A stretch of DNA of 64,000 bases from Isurus oxyrinchus (lineage: Eukaryota): NCBI GenBank assembly GCA_026770705.1, contig JANJGN010000052.1:1612001-1676000 (forward strand), read 5' to 3'. Within the stretch, counting starts at the first letter, position 1, and each line of letters starts with the position of its first letter. The position numbers and the translations under genes were made by a program. Positions 36,231 through 49,500 of the stretch are shown here, one piece after another. The notes under the pieces were generated by a model. It made no database searches and was not told where the DNA came from. It worked only from the letters and a program-made list of their open reading frames with translations.

Positions 36231-38064
36231 CTCAGTAATGGTGACCATGAAACTAAGGCCAATTGTTGCAAAAACCCATCTGGGTCACTATTGCCCTTTG
36301 GGGAAGGAAACCTGCCGTTCTTACCCATTCTGGCCTACGTGTGACTCCTGACCCACAGCAATGTGGTTGACTCTTAACTGGCCCCTGAAATGGCCGAGCA
36401 AGCCACTGAGTTATATCAAAACCCGCCACAGCCCAGTCAAACCAGGCGAACTGCAGCACTTCGAAAAGGCAGCTCAGCACCCCCTTCTCCAGGGCTCAGT
36501 CAGGAACAGGTAACAAACGCTGTCCACATCCCGTGAAAGAATTCTGGTAAAAAGGTAGCCGTGTATCACCACCCACGGCCAGCGCCAACCCCCCCACCCC
36601 TACCTGATTGCACCAGTTTCAGATTACACCAGGTCAATGAACGGATAGAAACCCAAACCAATGAGATGAGCACAGAGAAGGATCAAGCCAGAGAGAGTTG
36701 GTGGGAAGAATTGGGAAAGCAACAAAAAAGGCAGAGCGGACACTAACACTATAACAAAGTAAAGACCAGAGGAGGAAGGAAGCAAGTGCGAAGAGGAATT
36801 GAGAGCAGAGCTGGTAGGCTGCTTGTCGAAGCCAAGGACCCTCCATAGGGCACATCCACAGTGCTGTTGGGGAGGGTGATACATGATTTTGACCCAGGAT
36901 CATCAAGTGTTGCACTGGCAGAGCCTTTAAAGTAAAGGGACCTTTACTACCCATGCACCCCCCCCGCCCTACAAAGCTGTTGACCTGCTGAGTCCACCTG
37001 TACAGGCAACCTCCAGACAGTTGGCTACAGAGGCCATTGCAGCTGCTGAATATGACTTCCAGTTTCAAACCCTTCATGAATGCAAGGTTGGAGAATTCAG
37101 CAGGAATAGTCCTGCACACCCTGTGGCAGATCCTGTAAATAAAAGGGACCTTCACTCACTCCCCAAAGCTGCTGACCTGCTGATTCACATCTACAGGCAA
37201 CCTCCAAATAGTCAACTAGAGAAGACAACGCAGCTGCTGAATGTGACTCCTAGTTTTAAACACTTCACTCTGGAAAGAAGGAATCCAGAGCAATGGCCTC
37301 AGTATGATTCTTCACAGAAACTGATTTTAAATCTCATCTCTAAGTATTATTTTTCCTTTGCTTACATTTTAATCCCTGCACCTGATGGCTTTATCGCTTC
37401 AACTTAAATAACTTTCAGCAGGAGCCAGGTTCAAATTGAATGGACAAGCTGGCTTGGGGGGCCAAAAGGCCTACTCCTGCTTCTGTTTATTTATGTTTGT
37501 GTTGTTATGTAGTGGAACTAGAGAGGTTATAGCAGTTATGAGAACATTAAGCAAACAGCAGCAAGAATTGAACACCTACGTTGTGGTTTATGAAAAGGTT
37601 TTCAACCTGGTCAACTGGTAAAATCTGTTGAAAGTGGGCTATCATGGCGTGTGCCCTTTGTGAGATATTTGTAACAACGTTCTCGATGTCGGAACAGCTT
37701 GCATTGAACAAAGCTGATCTTTACCCAGAACTTCAGAGGAAGGGGGGACAATTGTTCCCTGGTGTGGGGGGGCATGGTGGGGGGGGAGGGTGAGGGGGAG
37801 ACAAGTAGCCTGAAATACCAAGCTAGACACTTTGTGAAGACAAAAGTTGTTTATTCATGTTTTTTTACAAATCATAATCTTTACAATTAAAGTCCCGACA
37901 AGATAATGGTGAATCATGAACACATTGTCGGGGTGAATCTGTGCCCGGGAGCATAAAGCAGCAAAATCAGGAGCCTGCTTTACATCTCTCTGAATTTTAA
38001 CTATCATTAACCCCAGTTACATCCATTCAAATGACTTAGTCATAAGATTCCTCACACATTCACT

Positions 38065-38420
38065 TGCACACTCACACACCCACACCCACACAGACACACT
38101 GACACACTAACTCATTCACATTGACACACACTGACACAGTCAAACACACCCACACAGACACACTGACACACTCACTCATTCACATTGACACACACTGACA
38201 GTCACACACACCCACACAGACACACTGACACACTGACTCATTCACACTGACACACACTGACAGTCACACACACCCACACAGACACACTGACACACTCACT
38301 CATTCACATTGACACACACTGACAGTCACACACACCCACACAGACACACTGACACACTCACTCATTCACATTGACACACACATATTGACAGTCACACACA
38401 CACACACACACACACGCTCA
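38065..38420. repeat. ~62-bp CA-rich tandem repeat
   Basis: About 5 units of CACACAGACACACTGACACACTCACTCATTCACATTGACAC…. Confidence 0.85.
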
Positions 38421-38599
38421 TAAAGACAGACACAAACACAGTCACGTGAGGTGAATAGTGTCGATGTATTTAAGGGGAAGCTGGATAAACACACGAGGGA
38501 GAAATGAATAGAAGGATATGGTGATGGGGTGAGATGGAGAAGGGGTGGGCGGAGACTCGTGTGGAGCAGAAACACCAGCACGGAGCAGATGGGCCAAAT

Positions 38600-39010
38600 G
38601 ACTCTCTGACAATGCAGCACACCCTCAGTACTGACCCTCCGACAATGCAGCACTCCCTCAAAACTCACCCTCCGAGAATGCAGCACTCCCTCAAGAGTGA
38701 CTCTCTGAGAATGCAGCACAACTTCAGTACTAACCCTCCAAGAGTGCAGCACTCCTTCAAGACTGACCCTCTGACAGTGCAGCACTCCTTCAAGACTGAC
38801 CCTCTAACAGTGCAGCACACCCTCAGTACTGACCCTCTGACAGTGCAGCACACCCTCAGTACTGACCCTCTGACAGTGCAGCACTCCCTCAGTACTGACC
38901 CTCTGACAGTGCAGCACTCCCTCAGTACTGACACTCTGACAGTGCAGCACTCCCTCTGTACTGACCCTCTGACAGTGCAGCACTCCCTCAGTACTGACCC
39001 TCTGACAGCT
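38600..39010. repeat. 33-bp minisatellite
   Basis: Tandem units. Confidence 0.9.
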
Positions 39011-40711
39011 CGGTAATTTCTCAATTACGCCTGGTGGTCCTTTTAACTCAGAGCTGAGAGTTGCAGAGAATTGAGCAGACACCCTGAACTGACACTTGCA
39101 GTGCAAGTACTGGGAGTGCGCTGGTCATTATCATGCTGCTGTCTGTGGGATCTTACTGTGCGCCAATGGCTGTTGCTTTTCCCACAGTACATCAGTGACC
39201 TCACATGAAAGAAAAAAGCACTTGATTGTCTGCGAAACACTTTGGGACGTCCTGATGTGTGGGAAGGCGCTAGAGAAATGCAAGTCCTCTTTGTCTTTCA
39301 CTCGATCCTCTAAGGTGTCTGTTGATTAACCAGCCTCTCGGTGTTTGATGTAGGCCTGGTTATAAACAGTTAGAAGGATCAAATATCAAAAATGCTTTGG
39401 CTGACAGTCAAATCGATTGTGCATTCGGAGAGATTAGATATGGTCTGCACACAATGACTCCAATCTCTGGCACTGACTGCCGCCTGGGGTCTCCATTCCA
39501 CATAACACTCACAACTTGCATTTACACAGCACCTCTGACATTGCAAAATGTCCCAGCCCACATTACCGGAGCGTAAATCAGAGAGAAGTCTAACACTGAG
39601 TCACATATGGAGATATTAGGGATAGGTGACCAAAAGCTTGGTCAAAGATGTCAGTTTTTAAGGAGCGTCTTAAAGGAGAGAGAGAGAGAGAGGCAGAGAG
39701 GTTAAGGGAGGGTATTCCGGAGCTCAGGGCCCCAGGCAGCTGAAGGCACGGCCACCAATGGTGGAGCGATGGGAATCAGGGGGTCCCGGGAGATGCAGTA
39801 ATTTCAGAGATTTTGGAGGAACATTGGGACCGGAGGAGGTGTTCTCCTGCTCCATATCTCTCTCTCTCTTCCTCTCATCCACTCCTCCTCTCCCTGTCTC
39901 TCTCTCTCCTACTCTTCCTCTCAATTGCCCTCTCTCCCAATCTTTCTCTCCTCTCTCCCTTTTCCTGTCTCTCTCCCTCTCTCTCTCCCTGTCTCATTCT
40001 CCCACTCTGTATCTCTCCCTCTCTCTCACACTATTTTTGTAACTTTCGCTCACTCTGTAACTCTCCCTTTCCTGTTAATTTCTCTCTCTTGGACAATCTC
40101 TCTTCTCTTTTCACTTTCCCTCACTCTGCATCTCTTCTTTAATTTCTCCCTCTGTCACTCTCTCCCACCTATTTTCTTTCCCTTTCACCCCTCCCCGTCC
40201 CACTCTCTGTCTCTCTCTTCCAATCCCTCCCTCCCCCATTCCATCCCTCTCTCCGACTCTCGACTCCCAGCCTCTCTTTAACCCACTCCCAGGCTGGATC
40301 AGTCTCCCTCTCACTATTCCCGGCGTGGGTTACATTTAAAATTCCTGTGGGGATATGTTCACTTCCTTGGAATTGCCTCTTCCCAGCTTTGCAAAAAAGT
40401 TGGGCGGGGGGGGGGGGGGGGGGGCTCGATTTCAAACCTGCCTCCTGAGTATAACCGAGACAGACTGCCACTGAAATCAGCTTGAAATCAGAAAACTTTC
40501 TGTGGAAGAAACGAGCAGGGAGAAACCTTAAAATAAGGAATGAATTTCCACCTACCGTGTCCGGGGAATCCACAGATTTCTCAATCGTCGAAGAACCTAA
40601 AGCAGTGTCAACCTGCAAAAAGAAAGAATTTATCAGGGAGAAAGTGAGAGGAGGATTGAGGGAGAGGGAGAGAGAGAGAGAGAGGTACAGGAGAGAGAGA
40701 GGGAGGAGGAC

Positions 40712-41290
40712 AGACTTGCATTTCTCTAACGCCTTTCACCACATCCCAAAGCATTTCACAGCCACTGAAGGATGTTTTTGAAGTGCACTCACACTGTAGG
40801 AAATGTGGCAGCTGATTTGTGCACAGCAAGATCCCACAAATAGCAATGTGATCATGGCCTAGATCATCTGTTTTTGGTGATGTTGGGTGAGGGATAAATA
40901 TTGGTCCCAGGACACCGGGGAGAACACCCCCTGCTCTTCCTCCAAATAGTGGCTGTGGGATCTTTCACACCCGCCCGAGAGGGCAGACGGGGGACTCAGT
41001 TTAATGTCTCATTCAACATTGATGTGCTCCCTCAGTACTAACCCTTTGACACTGCAGCACTCCCTCAGTACTGACCCTCCGACAGTGCAACACTTCCACA
41101 GTACTGACCCTGTAACAATGCAGCACTTCCTCAGTACTGACTTCCGACAGTATAGCACTCACTCAGTACTGTCCCTCCAATAGTGCAACACTTCCACACT
41201 ACTGACCCTCTGACAGTGCAGCACTCCCTCAGCACGGAGTGTTGACCTACGTTATGGGACTGAATTCCCTGGAGTGAGACTCAGACCAGA
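40712..41290 (-). mobile_element. Deu-domain-type SINE with internally expanded 33-bp unit
   Basis: SINE body (inverted copy at 50330-50610) runs directly into about six 33-bp units, then resumes. Confidence 0.6.
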
Positions 41291-41299
41291 GATTTAGGT

Positions 41300-42120
41300 A
41301 GGGTTGTTCCGGCTGGAGGAGGTTACAGAGATAGGGAGGGTTGTAGAGGCTGTAGGAGGTAACAGAGATAGGGAGGATTCTAGAGGCTGTAGGAGGTTAC
41401 AGAGATAGGGAGGGTTGTAGGGGCTGTAGGAGGTTACAGAGATAGGGAGGTGAGTAGGGGCTGTAGGAGGTTAATGAGATGGGGGGGTTGTGGGTGCTGG
41501 AGGAGGTTACAGAGGTAGGGAGGGTTGTAGAGGCTGGAGGAGGTTACCAAAATAGATACTGTTGTAGGGGCCACAGTAGGTTACAGAGATAGGGAGAGTT
41601 ATAGTGTGGAGAGGACGTTATAGAGTTCATGAGCATTGTAGGGGCTGGAGGAGGTTACAGTGATTCTGAGGGTCGTGGGGCCTGGAGGAGGTTACAGAGA
41701 TAGGGAGGGTTGTAGGGTCTGGAGGAGGTTACAGAGATAGGGAGGGTTGTAGGGGCTGGAGCAGGTTACAGAGATAGGGAGGGTTGTAGGGTCTAGAGGA
41801 GGTTACAGTGATCATGAGGGTTGTGGGGCCTGGGGGAGGTTACAGAGATAGGTAGGGTTGTAGGGGCTGGAGGAGGTAACAGAGATAGGGACAGTTGTAG
41901 GGGCTGGAGGAAGTTACAGAGATAGGGAAGGTTGTAGGGGCTGGAGGAGGTTACAGAGATGGGGATTGTTGTAGGGACTGGAGGAGGTTACAGATATAGG
42001 GAGGGTTGTAGCGGCTGGAGGAGGTTACAGAGATAGGGAGGGTTGTAGGGGCTGGAGGAGTTTACAGAGATAGGGAGGGTTGTACGGGCTGGAGGAGGTT
42101 ACAGAGATAGGGAGTCGCTG
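41300..42120. repeat. 37-bp G-rich minisatellite (GAGATAGGGAGGGTTGTAGGGGCTGGAGGAGGTTACA)
   Basis: About 22 units; inverted array at 42858-43080. Confidence 0.92.
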
Positions 42121-42857
42121 AGGAGGGATTGAAAACAAGAATGAGAATTTCAGGGGAAACGACAGAAGGAAATGATGTTAAATTCATAGAGGGCGACAAT
42201 ATTAAAGGCACGAACATAATAATATCAACCTGCAGAAGAGACCAGTCTATCTGGGTGATAGACGTAGAGTCATGTGCAAGAAACACCTCACCCAGAGGGA
42301 CATCTCTTAGCTTACCCTCGACAAGGAGAAGAAGTGACTCAGCTGCAGGGAGAGCAGCAAAGTCAGAGTGAACAAGACAAGTCGCCATTTCATCTGGGAG
42401 CTTCCCATCTCTGCCTGTCTCTTCTGATCTTCTGGCTCTGCTTTGATGCTTTGGTTTGTAACTAGAGGAGCTTCCTGCTCTTATACCTGAAACACTTGAA
42501 GGGGACAGCCGGGGGCGGGTAGCTGTGTGGTATCACACCCATTTCTGGATATTGCAGTGTCGATGTTCCCTGTCCCACTGGCCTGGGACCAGCAGTAAGG
42601 TCACTGGGACATTGACTGTCTGGCGCCGAGAACTATCAGTCCCTCCGCAACGCCCTTCACCTTGTGCAAATATGTGTTCATATTGATGCAACACAACATA
42701 GCAAAAACATAGGGGCTGGTTCTTATGTCGGCAAATCAGGTGAAGCGCACGCCCCCTAACCCCTTACTCCTCTCATTGCTACACTTACTATTTTACAAAT
42801 TGTGTGCGTTGCTTTTATTTTGGACAAGGGGCCTCGAGGGGGAACTGATTTACAATT

Positions 42858-43080
42858 TGTAACCTCCTCCAGCCCCTACAACCCTCCCTATACCTGTAAC
42901 CTCCTCCAGCCCCTACAACCCTCCCTATCTCTGGAACAGCTTCCAGCACCTACAACCCTCCCTATCTCTGTAACCTCCTCCAGCCCCTACAACACTCCTT
43001 ATCTCTGTAACCTCCTCCAGCCCCTACAACCCTCCCTATCTCTGTAACCTCCTCCAGCCCCTGTAACCCTCCCCATCTCT
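42858..43080. repeat. 37-bp minisatellite, opposite orientation
   Basis: About 6 units, reverse complement of the 41300-42120 unit. Confidence 0.9.
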
Positions 43081-43464
43081 TGAAGGGTTCTCAAAATTTC
43101 CAACTGTCAAGGAACCCTGGGTTGGTGAGCGTGACCCCTGACCTCTCCTAGTGCAATTTAGTTAGGGTTTGGGGGTGGGACAAGGGTAAGGGCATTAGTA
43201 GCGTGATTCTCCCTCGTTATGCCGTGTGTTCCCCATTCTTAACTCAGTGTACTTTGTAAGTCTGTATAATCTCAGTGTCATCCTAATGTTAGAAGTTCAT
43301 TTGTGACTTCAGTAAACTCAGTTTTTGTCTTGCACCAAAACCAGTTGTCTGCTGCACTTTGTGACAAGCCCCGAATAAGTCCAAGGTCTAGAACCCAGGG
43401 ATTGGGAGCGATTCAGACGGCTCAGAAGTCGCAGGTGAAGCTGACACACACCACCACACCCTAC

Positions 43465-43790
43465 AAGGGGCTGAATGGCCTCCTCCTGTTCCTGTGTAAT
43501 GGGCTTCAGTGGCTGAATGGCCTCCTCTTGTTCCTGTATAACGGACATAAGTGGCAGAATGGCCTCCTCCTGTTTCTGTGTAACAGTCTTGAGGGGGCTG
43601 AATGGCCTCCTCCTGTTTCTGTGTAACAGTCTTGAGGGGGCTGAATGGCCTCCTCCTGTTCCTGTGTAACAGTCTCGAGGGGACTGAATGGCCTCCTCCT
43701 GTTCCTGTGTAACAGGCTTGAGGGGGCTGAATGGCCTCCTCCTGTTCCTGTGTAACAGGCTCAAGGGGCTGAATGGCCTCCTTCTGCACT
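43465..43790. repeat. 43-bp minisatellite from a CR1 3' end (GGGGCTGAATGGCCTCCTCCTGTTCCTGTGTAACAGTCTTGAG)
   Basis: About 7 units. Confidence 0.85.
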
Positions 43791-44059
43791 GTAAAATTGT
43801 TGTGATACTGTAACTGCCTCTTTGGTTTCATTCAGCTGAATCTTCAGCTCTTCAGTCTCTTCCTTGTATCTCTTGCCTTCCTCCTGGAACATTGGACATG
43901 GTTGGGTCTTCCCTGCCAACTGTTTCTTCAGTTTGCTCAGAGCGGCACAGAATTCGCTTTCTTTCTCTTCAGGATTTTCCAGTGGAACCAACTCTGACCT
44001 GAGGGACACTTGCAGCCTGTGAGGATGCTTCAATTCTTCAAACTCATTCCGAGATACAC

Positions 44060-45155
44060 TCTCATATTCCCCCAGCAACTCAGCAACTCCTCCAGTGAAA
44101 CATTTCAGAGCAGCTGAGCTTGGTTTTCTGGAACCAGTCTCGGCCCAGAAGACTAGGGCCCTCACCTGTCGCTATGATCACTGGAAGCTGGGCTGTCTGC
44201 TGCCTGTAGGACACAGGTACTGGGATGAGGTCCTTTCCCTGTATGGATTCTCCAGTGTGTGTCTTCAGCTGATCCATTGTTGGCTCTAAATTCAGCGTCT
44301 GGGTTCCTTCATTTAGCTGTTTAAATGTGGGCTCTTCCACCACTGTGTCTGAGGCTCCCGTATCTGCCCCATTACTAGTGGCTGCCCATTCACTTGGGTT
44401 GTGATGGTTATAGGTTCAGTTTTTACCACTGTGACATTGGACAGGGAATAGACATCGGTATCAGCAGCTTCAGGCTCTGTGATATTATTCACTTCCATCA
44501 TGTTGGTGCACTGCCTGATGGGCTGTCTCGATTTCACCCTGCATTGCATTATTACCTGCCCCTTTCTTGTGGCAGTGATGGCATTCTGCCCCCTTGAACC
44601 TGCAGGTGTCCGGTACGAGCTCACTCCCCCCCACATCGAGAACAGGCCAACTTCGGAGTTGCTGCTGAAATACTCCCACGAAGCCTTTTAGTTTCTGGAG
44701 CGGCAGAGACTGTCTCTCGCTTGGCGGCTGTCTCTCTCTCTCTCTCTCCAGTTTGAGCCTCACGCCCGGTGGTTGGTTCCTGTCCCAGCTGAGGACTGGC
44801 GCCATGTTGTACATCCTGTAAATCCCGCCAGTCTCTCCCAGCACTTTCCATGCCTGGCGCTATTTCCATGGTGCGCTTCAAATCGATGTCGGCTTCTGCG
44901 AGTAAACGGCTCTGAATGGCGTTGGGGTGAACGACACAAACCAATCGGCCCCGCAACATGTCATTGAGTGTGTCTCCGAGGTCCCAGTGCTCAGTCACCT
45001 GCTTCCACTTCACTGTATAGGTTGCGATGGACTCACCCGGGGCCCTTACTCTGGAGTTAAACTTAAACCTTTTCATTATTACCCACGGCTTCAGCTGAAA
45101 ACACATCTTCATGAGGTCGACTAATTGGTGAAAAGATTTAGAATTGGGTGCAATG
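44060..45155 (-). mobile_element. Degenerate Ty3/Gypsy gag, zinc knuckle and protease fragment
   Basis: RFKFNSR…GESI…LNDMLRGRLVC, CSRCGG / CRFKGAECHHCHKKG, GPSLLGRDW. Confidence 0.85.
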
Positions 45156-45424
45156 CACGTCACTGTCTTCAGCTCTGAGACTGTCAATCCTCACCAAACA
45201 ATTCTTCCCTTCCAAGTCGCCGATTATTTTAGCACGTCCCACGAATGTGGGATCTTTGGTGTATGTGATGGTATATTTCCATCTATACCAATATTTATAC
45301 CAAGCTCCGTGCAGTGCTGTGTAAGAGTGGGAAGGAAAGTCAAAGCTACACGGAATAACCACACAAGAGCTGCTGATGGCCCTCCGAGGCAGCGCCTTCA
45401 TAGACCATCCCTCTGACTTGACTC
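45155..45424 (-). pseudogene. Gene E divergent Siglec-type V exon, 3'-truncated
   Basis: tttcag acceptor phase 1; GW…SSCVVIPCSFDFP…W…GDLEGKNC…EDSD, then Gypsy sequence; no donor. Confidence 0.85.
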
Positions 45425-45469
45425 CTGAAAGGCAACAAGGGAGGGGACTGAACATCAAAAAGCAGAATA

Positions 45470-45925
45470 TTACTTCAATGGAGAGAAGTATGCGGTACAG
45501 AGGGATCTGGGTGTCCATGTACATGAATCACAGAAAGTCAGCATTCAGGAACAGCACGGAATGAGGAAGGCAAGTGGAATGTTGGCCTTTATTGCAAAGG
45601 GATGGAGTATAAAAGGAGGGGCGTCTTGCTACAACTGTACAGGGCGTTGGTGAGATTGTATCAGGAGCAGTGTGTACAGTTCTGGTCTCCTTACTTAGGG
45701 AGGGATAGACTCTGCATTGGAGGCAGCTCAGAGGAGGATCACTGGGCTGATTCCTGGGATGAAGGGGGTTTGTCTTATGAGGAAATGTTGAGCAGGTTGG
45801 GCCCTGTATCCATTGGAGTTTAGAAGAATGAGAGGTGATCTTATTGAAACATATAAGATTCTGAGGTGGTGGGGGGTTTGACAGGGTGGATGCTGAGGGG
45901 ATGTTACCCCTTGTGGGGGAATCCT
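45470..45925 (+). mobile_element. CR1 LINE fragment
   Basis: LLQLYRALVR…CVQFWSPY. Confidence 0.85.
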
Positions 45926-46238
45926 GTGAAGCAATAAGGATGTTTTACTGCATTAAAGGCGCTATATAAATGCACTGTCATTCCTATTGAAACAAGCTCT
46001 CTGATGCACAAACAGAAAATGCTGGAAAAACTCAGCAGGTCTGACAGCATCTGTGGAGAGAGAAACAGAGTTGGTGTTTCGAGTCCGTATGAGGCTTTTG
46101 CTTTTGCTATATTCTCTGACTCGCTATTCACTCACTCTCTGTGTGATCACTAACCCTGTTCTCTAAAATTAAATGTTCACTTCCTCACTCCAGGAAAGAA
46201 TCCAATTCCCTGAGTTCCGATCAGTAATGAATTTGTAC

Positions 46239-46284
46239 CTTGCAGCAAGCTGATGAAGATCAATATCAGACCGACCTCTCCCAT
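46239..46284 (-). CDS. Gene E signal-peptide exon MGEVGLILIFISLLQ(G)
   Basis: ATG, hydrophobic core, SLLQ G/gtac phase-1 donor like the other leaders. Confidence 0.75.
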
Positions 46285-46549
46285 CTTCAGTTCCTCATCT
46301 AAATGGAAATGATAAAGACAGAGACTTTTTCAGAAATTGTCCCCAGTGTTTCTTCCTCAAACAACAACTTGTGGTTAAATGGCACCTTTCAGTGAGTTAA
46401 ACAGCCCCAGGGAATAAACTAATGTCAAGACAAGGAAGGAGAGATTGAGAAGGGACATCGCAAACCGATTCACCAAACACGGCAAAAATTCATTGTTCCC
46501 TCAATCCCTCTGCTGGGTGTCCAGCTTTTTCTCTCAGTGAGTTTAGTCC

Positions 46550-49500
46550 TCACAATATCTATCTATCACACTCTTCTGCTCTCTCTCTCTCTCTCACACA
46601 CACATTCTCTCTCTAACACTCACAATCTCTCTCTATCACACTCCTCTGCTCTATCTCTCTCTCTCACACACACACATTCTCTCTCTAACACTCACAATCT
46701 CTCTCTATCACACACTTCTTCTCTATCTCTCTCTCTCACACACACACATTCTCTCTCTAACACTCACAATCTCTCTCTATCGCACTCTTCTGCTCTATCT
46801 CTCTCTCTCACACACACATTCTCTCTCTAACACTCACAATCTCTCTCTATCACACTCTTCTGCTCTATCTCTCTCTCTCTCACACACACACATTCTCTCT
46901 ACAACACTCACAATCTCTCTCTATCACACTCTTCTGCTCTGTCTCTCTCTCTCACACACACACATTCTCTCTCTAACACTCACAATCTCTCTCTATCACA
47001 CTCCTCTGCTCTCTCTCTCTCTCACACACACACATTCTCTCTCTAACACTCACAATCTCTCTCTATCACACTCTTCTGCTCTATCTCTCTCTCTCTCTCA
47101 CACACATTCTCTCTCTAACACTCACAATCTCTCTCTATCACACTCTTCTGCTCTATCTCTCTCTCTCTCTCACACACACACATTCTCTCTCCAACACTCA
47201 CAATCTCTCTCTATCACACTCTTCTGCTCTGTCTCTCTCTCTCACACACACACATTCTCTCTCTAACACTCACAATCTCTATCACACTCTTCTGCTCTAT
47301 CTCTCTCTCTCACTCACACTTTCTCTCTCTAACATTCACAATCTCTCTCTATCACACTCTTCTGCTCTATCTCTCTCTCACACACACACACATTCTCTCT
47401 CTAACACTCACAATCTCTCTCTATCACACTCTTCTGCTCTATCTCTCTCTCTCTCACTCACACTTTCTCTCTCTAACATTCACAATCTCTCTCTATCACA
47501 CTCTTCTGCTCTATCTCTCTCTCTCTCACTCACACTTTCTCTCTCTAACATTCACAATCTCTCTCTATCACACTCTTCTGCTCTGTCTCTCTCTCTCACA
47601 CACACATTCTCTCTCTAACACTCAATCTCTCTCTATCGCACTCTTCTGCTCTATCTCTCTCTCACACACACACACATTCTCTCTCTAACACTCACAATCT
47701 CTCTCTATCGCACTCTTCTGCTCTATCTCTCTCTCTCTCAGACACACACATTCTCTCTCTAACATTCACAATCTCTCTCTATCACACTCTTCTGCTCTAT
47801 CTCTCTCACACACACACATTCTCTCTCTAACACTCACAATCTCTCTCTATCACACTCTTCTGCTCTATCTATCTCTCTCTCTCACACACACACATTCTCT
47901 CTCTAACACTCACAATCTCTCTCTATCACACTCTTCTGCTCTGTCTCTCTCTCTCACACACACACATTCTCTCTCTAACACTCACAATCTCTCTCTATCA
48001 CACTCCTCTGCTCTCTCTCTCTCTCACACACACACATTCTCTCTCTAACACTCACAATCTCTCTCTATCACACTCTTTTGCTCTATCTCTCTCTCTCTCT
48101 CACACACATTCTCTCTCTAACACTCACAATCTCTCTCTATCACACTCTTCTGCTCTATCTCTCTCTCTCTCTCACACACACACATTCTCTCTCCAACACT
48201 CACAATCTCTCTCTATCACACTCTTCTGCTCTGTCTCTCTCTCTCACACACACACATTCTCTCTCTAACACTCACAATCTCTATCACACTCTTCTGCTCT
48301 ATCTCTCTCTCTCACTCACACTTTCTCTCTCTAACATTCACAATCTCTCTCTATCACACTCTTCTGCTCTATCTCTCTCTCTCTCATCACACTTTCTCTC
48401 TCTAACATTCACAATCTCTCTCTATCACACTCTTCTGCTCTATCTCTCTCTCTCTCACTCACACTTTCTCTCTCTAACATTCACAATCTCTCTCTATCGC
48501 ACTCTTCTGCTCTATCTCTCTCTCTCACACACACATTCTCTCTCTAACACTCACAATCTCTCTCTATCGCACTCTTCTGCTCTATCTCTCTCTCACACAC
48601 ACACACATTCTCTCTCTAACACTCACAATCTCTCTCTATCACACTCTTCTGCTCTATCTCTCTCTCTCTCACTCACACTTTCTCTCTCTAACATTCACAA
48701 TCTCTCTCTATCACACTCTTCTGCTCTATCTCTCTCTCTCTCACTCACACTTTCTCTCTCTAACACTCACAATCTCTCTCTATCGCACTCTTCTGCTCTA
48801 TCTCTCTCTCACACACACACACATTCTCTCTCTAACACTCACAATCTCTCTCTATCGCACTCTTCTGCTCTATCTCTCTCTCTCTCAGACACACACATTC
48901 TCTCTCAAACATTCACAATCTCTCTCTATCACACTCTTCTGCTCTATCTCTCTCACACACACACATTCTCTCTCTAACACTCACAATCTCTCTCTATCAC
49001 ACTCTTCTGCTCTATCTATCTCTCTCTCTCACACACACACATTCTCTCTCTAACACTCACAATCTCTCTCTATCACACTCCTGTGCTCTATCTCTCTCTC
49101 TCACACACACACATTCTCTCTCTAACAAATCTCTCTCTATCACACTCTTCTGCTCTGTCTCTCTCTCTCTCAAACACACACATTCTCTCTCTAACACTCA
49201 CAATCTCTCTCTATCGCACTCTTCTGCTCTATCTCTCTCTCTCTCACACACACATTCTCTCTCTAACACTCACAATCTCTCTCTATCGCACTCTTCTGCT
49301 CTATCTCTCTCTCTCTCACACACACATTCTCTCTGTCTCCCTCCCTCAAATACATTCTCTCTCTCTCTCAGACACAAACACTCTCTCACACACTCACACA
49401 CTTTCCCTAAAACTAACACAATCTCTCTTTCTGTCAAGCACACACTCTCTCTCACACACACACACTCTCTCTCTCAGACACACACATTCTCTCTCTCTCA

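Noticed and set aside
32480-37860. Host genes in the GC-richer patches at 32.5-33.3 kb and 36.6-37.8 kb
   Set aside because: No recognisable domain or consistent exon structure; probably decayed transposon sequence that I cannot classify.
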